Positions 41,245 to 53,944 of a stretch of 64,000 nt of DNA are shown here, piece after piece. The notes beneath the pieces were generated by a model. It had not been told where the DNA came from and searched no databases. It was given only the letters and a program-made list of their open reading frames with translations. A program made the translations under genes and the position numbers. Numbering within the stretch: the stretch's first letter is position 1; each line of letters begins with the position of its first letter. The stretch is from Octopus sinensis (lineage: Eukaryota), in assembly GCF_006345805.1 (NCBI RefSeq), contig NC_043024.1:12896001-12960000 (forward strand). Reading direction: 5' to 3'.

Positions 41245-41445
41245 TCCACCTCTGTCTCTCTTCCCCTCTGTCTCTCCCTCTCCCTCTGCTTCTTCTCCAC
41301 TGTCTCTCCTTCCCCCTCTGTCTCTCCCTCTCCCTCTGCTTCTTCTCCTCCACTGTCTCTCCTTTCCCCTCTGTCTCTCCCCTCCCTCTGCTTCTTCTCC
41401 TCCACTGTCTCTCCTTTCCCTCTCTGTCTCCCCTTCCCTCTCTCT
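41245..41445. repeat. CT-rich minisatellite, ~52-bp unit x3
   Basis: ctctgtctctccc..ccctctgcttcttctcc..actgtctctcctt repeated. Confidence 0.85.
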
Positions 41446-44284
41446 CTCCTTGGGACTTTCTATATTTCTGCCCCCACGAAGCAGAAGTGCCGAGTGGAGC
41501 AAAGATTAGCTACTGTTTCTTGCAGAGAGATGGGCCCCACATGAATGCCAGAAATATTTTCCGAATATTTTACACTGTAGTTATTATCACTGAAGTTTAG
41601 CGCCAGCTCTGCACTACTGGAGTAGACTCACGATCAAAGACACTCCATTCGTGACCATCCTGTCTTAGTTTCACTAATGTTTAATTCAGATTCTTATGTA
41701 AAGTCGTCTTCCAGATTGCTTTTCAAGACAATAGTAGGGTTTTTGTAGAGGGGGATTTGGCAGCAAGTTTTTAGCTGGTTGAGCGATTAACTACTTGGGC
41801 GTTGCTATGGTCAGGTAAATCGAGCCAGTCAGTCATCAAATTCGTTTCCACCACGACCATCCAGTTGATTTATTTCTCAGATAAAATTTATCGAGTACTT
41901 CTCTTAACCAACGTTATATTTTCTGTCGTAAGAGGAAAAGGTTTCTTTCAAGGGTCATGTAGCTGCGATTTTTAGCAGGTATAATCTAGGGGATTCATAA
42001 TAGCTTCATTATCTGTCTGCGATGTATGTAAGTATGTATTTTATATGTATGTCATTATTCAGTTTGAATGAACCGGTTTCTAACCTAGATCCAAGGCTTC
42101 TTCGTTGGAATTTCAACATCAACAACAGGGTATTTTTGTTTGTATGTATGTGTGTGTATGTACGTACGTATGTATGTGTCTGTGCTTGTTTGTGTGCAGG
42201 TATTTATGTCTGTTTGCGTGATATGTTTGTGTGTGTGTCTGAGTATGTGTATGTGTGTGTCTATGCATGCTTGCCTACATTCGTGCATATCTATCTATTT
42301 ACTCATCGATGTGCCTGCCCTCTTGTTCGTCCATGCACATGTGAATGTCTGTCTGTCTGTCTGTTTGACTGTTTCTTTGACTTGAGTTATTCAGTCATGA
42401 CGTAATCAAATTTGTCCTTCATCTCCACCCTCCCAGGCTTTCATGAAATACGGTACCACTGAAACATAAGACTAGATTTAAATAATTAATTAAAAAAACA
42501 AATTAGTCTTCATTCCTTTCGTATGTTATTGGTGACGTTGATACCAGTAATTTACAGGGCAGAGTCATTCAACCACAATAAACGCGCTTGTGGGCTACAA
42601 TTACGTTATATTAGGCGAAATTAAAACAAAATTAATCAGATTTTAATACCCATGGATTAATATCTCTCCCCTATTTATGTGGAGCCATCAAAAGTCGAGC
42701 GACTCGTCACCACGTTTAACACCATCATCTGTCCCTTGGGGTACCATTCGCAGAATCAACATTTTGACAGAGTCCATTCCACTGCAAATGTAGAGCTTTG
42801 ACTGTAATTACCCCCGCTCTATCTCTTTCTTAGCAGTCTTTATCCTTAAAAAAAAAGGCTACTGGTTTCCATGGAAATGGCTATTACTCTGTACGTAAAT
42901 TTCTCTTTCCCCCGATTACTAAAATAACCAATTTCCAACGAAGTATAAAATACATTTCATGAATTTTCTCCAGGTTACAATTAATTTCGTCTTAATTTCA
43001 ATAAAATGTCTCTCTTCGTAATACAACTAAATAAATTACAGGTTAAATGATGCTGAAGATTTCTGAAAATAACGAAATAGTGCCATAAATAATTACGACT
43101 AACTAGAAATTATAGGAACTTCTTAACGGATAAAATAAATAATACACATGCCAACACAATGCACTTTGTTTTTGATATTCCTAAAATTTCAAACTGAAAT
43201 TGTGAATGTACAGTTATCTCCCTTGTGTTAACGATTTCAACGAGAATAATCCACGTGCGTTTGATTAGAAAGAAAAATATTCATTTATGTACGTAGACGA
43301 CACAACATCAACAGTAATTATAGTGTATCTGGCTACTATTCCAGTTTAGGGTGTCTAACTGCGACGTTGTGTTGTTTGGATGAGTTGTACCTAAAGTACT
43401 GCAATGAAAATGAAATTAGAGTACAGAAAAACACAAAATAAAAGAAATATGTCGGTCTTTTGAATACATAACGAAAAATATTTCTGCTAAGTGAAAGCAA
43501 TACAATTATATGGAAAATAGTCTGTAGGGCAAACGTTACCAAAGGGCTCGAAATGCTGAAATATAATAACGGTTAAATCTTCCTCGTCTTGGAAGAGAAA
43601 ATGCTTGTTGCTGTAGGAGAGAAATTATTTTGTGCCTGAAAGTACAGGACGGGACCGGGTGGAAGATCTTATCGACCTGATCAGGGGCTACAATGAGAAC
43701 TACTATTTTATAGATCAAACTGCTAGAATTAACTCCCAAATTTTCTCAAACCACGCACTGCTGCCTTAAGAATGAGGTGATAATGGATAATGTAACCCTA
43801 GGTAGACTATAATAGAATAAAGGCGTATTGATCAATGTTGAAATGATTTGGATGGCAGATATTCTCGAGTGAGTCTGACCTGGGGATAAACAAGAACAGC
43901 AACAAAGACAGACAAATTAGACAGCAGAATGCGTCAAGAGAAACCAGGAGTAGAAACGAAATAAGAACAGATGCCATCGTTCCGGCTGTTAATGTATTTG
44001 ACTGTACGTCAACCCCATTTGATCTGACCTAGGGTTAAATAACAACAGGAAGCAAAAGATATAAAAATAACAGAAAAGAAAGAAAAAACAATGTGGAAAG
44101 CTAACACTCAGGATGGTGAAACAAAATTTAATGGAAGAGATAAATAAGATGGTCGGAGATTGTCTGGTGGTTAGGGAGGTGGGTTTATAAATCAAACAAC
44201 CTAATAGGCATTGTCTTAATAACAATATTTGGAATCAAATTAATAGTCTCCGATATTAATTGCTTTTCTTTTTCGCTTCCACCC

Positions 44285-44319
<35 letters not shown>

Positions 44320-44479
44320 CCTTTCTCATCCTCAATTTTCCTCTTCATCTCCCTCCTCTTCGGTATTCTTGTTTTCCCCTCTCATTCTATTTCACCCTAT
44401 CACTACCACTCTTTTTTCAATCTCTCTCTCGCTCTTTCTCTCTCAACCTCACAGTCATCCCATTCTACTCTCTCTCTCT

Positions 44480-44603
44480 ATCTATCTGATTCTCCCCTTT
44501 TATCAATGGTAATGTATCCATCATTGTTCCTCTCGCTCCCTCCAATCTAGCCCCACCCAGCTATTTACCTTTTTATCATCTCCTTATTTGTCTGTCTCCC
44601 TGC

Positions 44604-44640
<37 letters not shown>

Positions 44641-44800
44641 ACAGATTCTCTCTTTATCTGATTCTTCCCCCTTTATCAATGGTAATGTATCTATCATTGT
44701 CCCTCTCGCTCCCTCCTATCTACATCCACCCCTCCGCTTGTCACCCAGCTATTTACCTTTTCATCATCTCCTTATTTGTCTGTCTCCCTGCTTCTCTCCC
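44480..44800. repeat. Local tandem duplication (~170-bp unit x2)
   Basis: tatctgattct..tcaatggtaatgtatc..cacccagctatttacctttt..gtctccctgc occurs twice. Confidence 0.88.
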
Positions 44801-45269
44801 CCCCTCCCCCTCTCTGTCTGTCTGTCTGTCTGTCTGTCTCTCAGTGTCTCACAATGGTTACCTGTTTAGTCTTAATCTCTCGACCTATCGATTTCTCTTC
44901 TTAATTTCCCACCATCTTCCCCTAGTCTCTCCCATATTAACGCCCCAATCATCTCTATATCGCTATGTAATACAAATATTCGCCATTTCGCTGTCTCTGT
45001 CCACCTCTTATACATATCCATATATATATATATATAATTTCCTTCTGTTTCGTCTATTCACCTATAATGACGGTTGTAGGTATTCGGTCTTCAGGGCTTT
45101 CACAAAACAGTTTTTCCATCTCCATCATTCGATCAAGTCGCGATATAATTCGTCAAATACCACCTATGTGTACTTATATAAACACACACGTATACATACA
45201 CACACACGTTCCACCATAAATAAAAATATATAGAAATACATATGTCTCGGCTTACTCTATTCTTCAAGA

Positions 45270-45316
<47 letters not shown>

Positions 45317-45398
45317 TATACATATATAAAATATAGGTATATATTATATATACCATATATAAAATTACGTTTATCCGTATGTATGGATGTAACATAAC

Positions 45399-45443
<45 letters not shown>

Positions 45444-45807
45444 CGTGTGTGTATGTGTGTGTGTGTGGCATATAGAAACATTCGTTTAATTTATATACAC
45501 ACGTATAACAGTGTGTGTGTATGAATATATATAAATATATATAAATGATATATTTTCGCTATTGTCTCTTCACCATTAAGCTGTCTTTCGCTTACTGCAG
45601 CGCCACCTTTAATCGCGTCCCAACCCTTACTCCACGTATTTCAAGAAATAGACAGCAAATTAGTCTCGGACAATATTTCACCTAAAACTTTTTCATATTT
45701 GTTTAGTTTCACACAAGTATATCAACACATATCATATTTTCATATATCCATCCAGTCACTCAATCTTTCTTTCTCTATCTGATATATATATATATGTATA
45801 TATATAT

Positions 45808-46223
45808 TACTCTTAACTCTTTTAATTGTTTCAGTCATTTGACTGTGGCCATGCGGGAGCACCGCCTTTAGTCGAGCAAATCGACCCCATGACTTATTCT
45901 TTGTAAGCCTAGTACTTACTCTATCGGTCTCTTTTGCCGAACCGATACGTTACGGGGACGTAAATACACCAGCCTCGTTTGTCAAGCGATGGTTTTTTTT
46001 GGGGGGGGGTGGAGGATAGACACAGACACACAAACATATAGGCAAACATATACATATATACGACGGGCTTCTTTTCAGTTTCCATCTACCAAATCCACTC
46101 ACAAGTCTTCGGTCGCCCCGAGAATATAGTAGAAGACAATTGCCACGGTGCCACGCAGTGAGAATGAACCCGGAACCATGTGGTTCGTAAGGAAGTTACT
46201 TACCACACAGCCACTCCTACGCC
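45808..46223 (-). mobile_element. SINE family A, full length
   Basis: Reverse complement of 11338-11757. Confidence 0.9.
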
Positions 46224-46229
46224 TATAAT

Positions 46230-46275
<46 letters not shown>

Positions 46276-47129
46276 ATGATCGTTAAACTAATGTGCTTCG
46301 AGGTACTACGCCAGAGTGACTGTCGTCCAATGACTGACGCAAGTAAAAGATACACAAACACGCAAGCGCGTGCACACACACACACACACACAGAATTGTT
46401 TCACTTGTTTCGGTCCTTGGAATGACACTTTGCTATTTGATCTCCCATCCCTGGAATTTGGCGCGAGATATTAGTTGCTGTCTTTCCTTCTCGCATCCGA
46501 AATGGCGAGAGGGCATTGTGTTACTCTCGTTAATTTTCACTTTACGTTGCAATGTGTAGACTTTGTTGTAGTTTTTGTTGTAGTTTTCGGTTGTTGTAAT
46601 TGTTATAATTGTTATTGTTGTTGTGAATATTGTGGTTGCGGTGGCGACGGTAGGCTTGAAAACAAAGCTAATTGTGTTTCACTATATATGTAAATCCATC
46701 GCCGCGATCAATTCAGTATGACTGACATTATTGCAGACTTCAATATCACGTGATATGAATCTAATTAGCACGTCAACTCATTACAAAATGGACCAGGTAG
46801 ATACGGGGATAACAGGTGAAATAACGTTGGGATTGAGACTGAACAAGCCTCTTCAGTTTGGACAATCTCAGAGCAGGGTGGAGATTGACCTGAATGCGCA
46901 GGGAGAAAGAGGATGTGATTTTGCGTAGGTTAGACTACAATTTGTATTAGGGTGAGCGACTCTGAGGATACTTTGCGGGTCTCACATCGTTTAGGGTCTG
47001 TGGCATGGTCTGTATGTGTTTCCCTAATGAGGGATCATTTACATTATAATGCTTCTTTTCGACAGAAATTAAACAAAAGTCAACAAATACACGTGTTTCT
47101 TTAACAGTATGTGTGTGTGTGTGTATGAT

Positions 47130-47330
47130 AGTATATGGCTCAGGCTTTAGGGCGTGCAATTACGACTCCTAGTACGCGGGTTCGATTCTCGGAGCAAGCT
47201 ATGTATTAGGCTATTAAGCAAAACATTCGATTTCCTGTACCTCTGCGATCATTTTGGCATCAGGCGTGAGGGGCCCGTCGTGTGCCTTTACAAAAAGTAC
47301 AGATTTGATTCAGAGATGACTTATTATACA
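47130..47330 (+). mobile_element. Degenerate tRNA-derived SINE (family C/D-like head)
   Basis: TGGCTCAG A box, GGTTCGATTC B box. Confidence 0.5.
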
Positions 47331-47839
47331 ACACAAGCATTTGATTTCTATAAACAAATCATCTGAGCAGATTATTCCCCAAGGAATCGTAGAACTGTCT
47401 TTCTCGGCCTCCAGAGACAATAGTTTACATATATATTATGTGCGCATAATAATATACGTATATATATGCGCGTGTATATATGCATGTGTACTAACGTATA
47501 AGTACCTCAATGTATATAGATACATATGTGTGTATATGTGTATTTATATACTCAAACAAAAAATAGATTAAAATCATACTTTCAAAGTTTAAGTCAATTA
47601 CAGACACATTCTACGTTTAATGCCAGCAATTACACAAAATTCCAAAACCAATTTTAGATAACAATATTATTATTGAAGGACATTTTCACAAATTGTGCCA
47701 TTCCAGTAAAAATTCAATTATTTCCCTAATTTTGTCAAAGAATTAGAATTAAGTGGCTTATTTACTGGTTCCATAACCTATTTTTTATTTTCCCTCATTT
47801 GCCAAATATAACCTCTTTATGCGATATCAATCTAAATAT

Positions 47840-47872
<33 letters not shown>

Positions 47873-48220
47873 TATTATTATCATTACAAAATGCAAAAAC
47901 GAGGCTATATATAACGAAGAATTTCAACAAGAGATGAACAATAAATAAAACGAAAACAAGAATTTATTGGTTGGCAACGAATTGCTCCCATTAAAGCAAT
48001 AATTGTTGGTGAGTAGAATTTCTCAGCTTTAAAGGATTCAAATGTAAAACTGAAAACATGACGTAATTACACACACACACATACATACAAACATACATAC
48101 ATACATGCTTATATAGATATATTATATATATATATATATATATTATATATGTATGTATGTATGTATATGCCTCATATAATATATATATATATGCTTGTGT
48201 ATATATTGAATATATATATA

Positions 48221-48273
<53 letters not shown>

Positions 48274-48496
48274 ATATATATATATGCATATATATATATG
48301 TACGCATTCATACATATATAAGTATATATGGATATATAAGTATAAATATATGTATATATATATGCTCGTATATATATATATAGATAGATAGGCCGGAGTA
48401 AACACATAAATGTGAAACAAGGTGGAAAAAAGAGTACTCAAATACCAGTGGTAGAGTAATATGCTTTATTTTAAGCAGCAGAAAATTCAACAAAAT

Positions 48497-48534
48497 CTGT
48501 TACTCTGAGTTTCTCGTTGCCGTTCATCAGACAG
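48497..48534 (-). ncRNA. Minimal type-I hammerhead ribozyme
   Basis: CTGT CTGATGA ACG-GCAA-CGA GAAA CTC-A-GAG TA ACAG: complete core, stem I CTGT/ACAG, GUA cleavage triplet. Confidence 0.8.
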
Positions 48535-48592
48535 TTGTTGCTAGAATGGAACTTATATATTAATTAATATATAAGTTCCATTCTAGCAAAAA

Positions 48593-48630
48593 CTGTCTGA
48601 TGAACGGCAACGAGAAACTCAGAGTAACAG
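48593..48630 (+). ncRNA. Minimal type-I hammerhead ribozyme
   Basis: Identical motif on the plus strand. Confidence 0.8.
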
Positions 48631-48689
48631 ATTTTGTTGAATTTTCTGCTGCTTAAAATAAAGTATATAGATAGATAGATATATTCAAA

Positions 48690-48720
<31 letters not shown>

Positions 48721-48849
48721 ATGCATACATATATATATAAGTATATATAGATATGTAGATATAAGTATATAAAAGTATATATACATATAATTATAGAAAA
48801 GTTTATATATATAGAGAGAGAGACAGAGAAAAGTTTATGTATATATATA

Positions 48850-49045
48850 GTTAATCCAAACAGGAAAGCACAAAAAAAAACATCAACGCGAGGATGTGGA
48901 ACAAATATAATATTATTGAACACTCAAGAAAGAAGGAAGATTTAACGTTTCGAGCGGAGCTCTTCGTCGGAAACATAGAAGGAAAGATCCAGAGTAGGGA
49001 AGACAGAGGAAAAAAAAATCGACAACGGTACACACGCGGTCACAT
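48850..49045 (-). mobile_element. PLE pLTR remnant (another family)
   Basis: Unique island between (TA)n tracts containing a hammerhead motif. Confidence 0.6.
48941..48973 (-). ncRNA. Minimal type-I hammerhead motif (U4C, extra A after A9)
   Basis: TTT CCGACGA A GAGC-TCC-GCTC GAAA CG TT AAA. Confidence 0.6.
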
Positions 49046-49086
<41 letters not shown>

Positions 49087-49407
49087 TAATTCTTGTGAAA
49101 GTAAAATTATTGTGTGATTATGTTTTTTAAGATCTAATCCTTCCATCTGCCTGTCTCTTTCATTCAATTTCTGTGTCTCTGTCTCTGTCTGTCTGACTGT
49201 GTATCTCTCTCTCTGTTACGGCCTGGCATTGAAATAGAACCAACCAGCGCCTCGATCCCTAAGATTGAGAACCTGTTGAAGCTATAAGCTGTTATTCAGG
49301 CACTCAAGCACGACTGCAGTGAATCTTACAACACGGACAGCTGTAAAGTAATCAAGGTCTTATGAGAGTTGTCTGTTCCTTTATCATCTCATTGCCTCAT
49401 ATCGTCG

Positions 49408-49739
49408 TGGCACTCCGTCGATAACGACGACGAGGTTCAACAGAAGAGCCTGCTCGGGAAATTAACGTGTAAGTGGCTGAGCACTCCACAGACACGTGCA
49501 CCCTTAACGTATTTCTCGGGGTGATTCAGGGTGACACAGAGTGGCCCTTTGAAATACAGGTACAACAGAAACAAGAGCGAGAGAAAGTTGTGGTGAAAGA
49601 GTACAGCAGGGTTCGCTACCAGCCCTTGCCGGAGTCGCGCGGAGCCTCAGGTATTTTCACTCAATAAACACTCAGAACTGCTGGTCTGGCAATCGAAACC
49701 ACGTGCCCGTTGCCCTAACTACTGAGCCATAGTGCCTCC
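49408..49739 (-). mobile_element. tRNA-derived SINE family D
   Basis: Minus head GGAGGCACTATGGCTCAGTAGTTAGGGC..GGTTTCGATT; 3' end CCTCGTCGTCGTTATCGACGGAGTGCCA. Confidence 0.75.
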
Positions 49740-50213
49740 ACTCTCTTTATATATATATATATATATAATTTCTGTTTGTATTGCATAGTTTTACTACAGT
49801 ATACGTACAATTATTCCCCCTATCCACTGTACAGCCGTAAGCCATTTTCCATCGTGCATGTACCATTCCTTGTCTGTTATATTTTGTCATTATCTCTTAG
49901 TGTACACACAATGTGATGTTGTCTCTTCCTCGCACACATTCGTCAGGTTTTTCCTGTAACTCTCTGGTCAGGCGCTCACTTTAGATAACGATGGTATTAG
50001 TTTATATAGCATGAAACTACAAAGATGTCTGAAAACCAACTGATGAAGAGTCAGCTGCGAATGTTCCTTCTATCGGGTTATTGTCTCCCCTTTCAGTCTG
50101 TTACGGTTTCGCCCATTTTTCTTCTATTTTTTCACTTCCCTGTCAAACTTTTGTATTCCATGATAGAAATTAACTGTAACAGCTGTTTCAAAGTTAATTC
50201 AGTCAATGCTTGG

Positions 50214-50308
<95 letters not shown>

Positions 50309-50393
50309 GCTCCAACACATGTGTTGAGAGCTACTTTCTTCCGCTGAGCTCTCGTATAAATATGTGTGTGTGCTTTTGTATGTATATATATAT

Positions 50394-50444
<51 letters not shown>

Positions 50445-50637
50445 TATATAAAAGGGCTTAGTAAAATAAATTACTTTGCCGCATACTGAACTCATTAGAA
50501 ATAGCAGCTAAAAAAACTTTTTTAAAACTATTTCTTATACTTAAAGAAAACCTCTCTCATATAGTGTTTGCTCAATTCAACTCACGAAAATATGGGGGTA
50601 GAGACATTAAAAAATCAAGTGCAAACCTCAATTGTTG

Positions 50638-50669
<32 letters not shown>

Positions 50670-50689
50670 TACACACACACACACACATA

Positions 50690-50740
<51 letters not shown>

Positions 50741-51184
50741 ATGTACATATATATATATATATATATATACGTATATGTGTGTGTGTGTGTGTGTATGTAT
50801 ATATATATATATATATATATACCACACACACACACACACAATCACACATACTCACGCACATACACACTCCAAGACACGTACACCCACACAGGCGCAACTG
50901 AAATAAATAAAAGATGTTTCTTAATGGAATCTTTTAACATTTCTTGAAATTTTCCCGCCTCTTTGACTAAAGCGTTTCTATTGTGTTTTGCACAAAACAT
51001 TTTCTATTCTTTAGAATTTTCCCGAATGTAATATAATCTGAACTATAGCGTCTTAAATATTTCAAGAATATAAAAAGACGTCAACGAATGAAATTTCGTT
51101 TTATTCAATTCTATTTTCGAATTATTTGTTTCAATACAGTTGTTGTTCTGTCTGGCGCTCTTACACACGCACGCAGGTTCACAA

Positions 51185-51187
51185 GTA

Positions 51188-51243
<56 letters not shown>

Positions 51244-51480
51244 CATATATATATATGTATATGCATATATATATACATATATGTATCTATGTATATGCAT
51301 ATATAGATATATGTATCTATGTATATGCATATATATATACATATAATGTATCTATATATATATATCTATATTTACATATATGTATATATATATATATATC
51401 TGTATTTACATATATGTATATATATATATATATATCTATATATACATATATGTATATTATATATATATATCTATATATAC

Positions 51481-51512
<32 letters not shown>

Positions 51513-51610
51513 ATAGATATATATATATATATATATGTACATATATATATATATATATATATACATATATGTATATATGTATATATTATATACACATATA
51601 TGTATATATG

Positions 51611-51642
<32 letters not shown>

Positions 51643-51870
51643 TGTAGGTATATATATATTATATATATATATATATATATGGATGTATGTGTATATATAT
51701 ATATATAATATATACATATATGTATGTATGTATATATATATATGTGTGTATGTATATGTGTGGGTGTGTGTATTAACACATTCATGCACAAACACACACA
51801 TATATGTCTATAAAGGTACGCACATATACGTAGGTAAGTATGTATGCATGTGTATACATGTGCGTATATG
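51185..51870. repeat. Compound (TA)n microsatellite tract
   Basis: Direct observation. Confidence 0.95.
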
Positions 51871-52199
51871 AATTCAAAGTCCAGCTACGGTGAGAATCTG
51901 AGTTTCGATAAATACATGCTGTAGCGCAGACATATTTGTTCTTTTAGATGATGGCTTCACGTTTATTCCTGCCATTACGCCATTACAATTTGTCTGAGGA
52001 ATTACACGGTGAAAGAAGCACCATAATCTTGTTCGATCAACCATCATCATATACTCACACACAAAGCATATATGTATATATATATTTTTATACGAATGAT
52101 GTTCACATATGCATCGGCGTTCATGTACTAAAATGCTCTAAAGCAATATCTTTAGATTTCAATTCTTTCCGCAGCGGTGCAGAATTTGGATAAGAGATT

Positions 52200-52800
52200 T
52201 CTTCAAAAAAACTTTGGCGAGCTTATATTTCACAATTGTCGATGACCTACAGTCTATGGTGGATGATATGCCCAAGCAATCGTTTGTTTGTTGTCATTTG
52301 TGCTACCAATTCCATAATTCCTTGCTGTCCTAAGCGCCTCGGTCAGGGATCTTTTCTGCTCCCATTCTGACCTTGGTGATATCAAGTAGCTATAATTGTT
52401 CTTTGACTGAAGTCTCCTGACTCACCCTGGAGCATTTTCGATGGAATTGGTTCTTGTATTTGGGGTACAATAAGGAGTCGAAGCATAAATAGTGACAAAA
52501 TGGACAGGCCCATTGGATATCTGAAGTCTGAGAAATCTGCTCAATCACTTTCTAGGGGACCTTCGCAAACTTTAAACACTGAATTTCTCCCAGCAATGTC
52601 AACACTTGTATATGTTTTGTCTTGTTATAAACGAAAGGTTACAATAAATATTCTCAACGGCACAGATCTTCATGTCAGTTGCTTGCTGTTTATCTTGATA
52701 TGAGGTCACCGTTCGCGCGTATACTGTTTATACTGTTGGAATGGATATGGCGACTGTACACATATCAGGTGGGTTGTCATGATGAACTCCGTACATTTGT
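52200..52800 (-). pseudogene. RTE-type APE endonuclease relic
   Basis: Minus translation FVTIYASTPYCTP (like IISAYAPT) and NKRLLGHIIHHRL (like NGxRLLxxCxxHxL). Confidence 0.5.
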
Positions 52801-52898
52801 CATGATTGGGCTTCCTACATTTGTACCTCAGAATCACTTTGATAGCACGTTCTACTCTCTCACTCAATAAAAATAATAATAATAATAACGATGATAAT

Positions 52899-53016
52899 GA
52901 AATAGGCATAAAACCTAGTTTAGTACAGCTCCAGAAAACAGTGTTATTAGGAACAGTAAGGATACTTAGGAGGGTTCTTGGTATCTAAGACTTCTAGGTG
53001 TAGCCCGGTGTTAGGA
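52899..53016 (+). mobile_element. R4/Dong-like non-LTR 3' end, 5'-truncated
   Basis: EIGIKPSLVQLQKTVLLGTVRILRRVLGI*, a typical RLE C-terminus, directly after (AAT)n. Confidence 0.8.
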
Positions 53017-53039
53017 ATTTTTATTTTGAAACAGACGCA

Positions 53040-53210
53040 CAACGGTGTTTTGCCCGGTGCTACGTTCTGTGTTCAAATTCCGCCGAGGTCGACTTTACCT
53101 TTCATCCTGTCGGGTTCGATGAAATAAGTATCAGTTGTGTACTGGGGTCGATATAATCGACTAGCTCCCTCCCATAACTTTCAGGCCTTGTGCCTATGGT
53201 AGAAAGGATT
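53040..53210 (+). mobile_element. SINE family B
   Basis: gttcaaattccgccgaggtcgac..ggccttgtgcct..agaaagg followed by an (ATT)n tail. Confidence 0.88.
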
Positions 53211-53740
53211 GTTGTTGTTGTTATTGTTATTATTATTATTATTATTCTTATTATTATATCTGATATAGGCGCAAGTTGATCTCCAGTTTTGAGGGGGAAA
53301 GTAGGTGACTACATCATCTCAAACACTACACTGTTTTAGTTTAGTAATAAAATTAATAATTTTAGTCGCCAATACAACTTCCTTGTATCCAAATGGTGAG
53401 CTTGACAGAATTTAATAGCATTCGCGCAACATAGCCAGCGCTTTTACATAATACCCTATCGTCTTGGGTAAAGTTATTTTAAACATAAAATAATCTAATA
53501 ATAAGTGAAGAAACAAGAAACAGTCATTGAAATATTTTGCTTTGAAATAAGAAGGTGTCAGCCCGAAGTATTTTTAGGTCCCTCCAGAATATTTACCAAA
53601 ATATGTTTTATTTGATTAAATGTCTTTATTACAAAAATAGCACTGACAAAACCATTTTGAAAGTGTATTCAAAACAAAGCGTTTACGAAACAAATGTACG
53701 AGCATGTAGGGAATGAATGAATTTATATTAATTAATTTAC

Positions 53741-53789
53741 CTTCCGTGATTGCTTCTGGTGTAGAATGTTCAAGAATTGCCAAACTTAC
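53741..53789 (-). other. Candidate 49-nt exon / recursive splice site
   Basis: Minus: gtttttttctttacattgcag|GTAAGTTTGG...CACGGAAG|gtaaat. Confidence 0.5.
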
Positions 53790-53944
53790 CTGCAATGTAA
53801 AGAAAAAAACAAAAATATGAGAATGATGATAATGGAGAATTTTAGTTATTGAGAATTATACGACAGGTAATTATAAGTGAGAATAATTAACATAACGACT
53901 AAAAAATAAGCAACAGCAACAAAATAATAATAATAATAATAATG

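Larger units (their letters stand above)
48393..48663 (-). mobile_element. Fold-back PLE pLTR remnant forming a 200-bp palindrome
   Basis: Palindrome 48464-48663 centred at 48563/48564 with one mismatch, plus unique tail 48393-48463; within (TA)n. Confidence 0.85.

Noticed and set aside
49214-49400. Possible solo LTR (TGTTACG...CA)
   Set aside because: No TSD or matching inverted terminus
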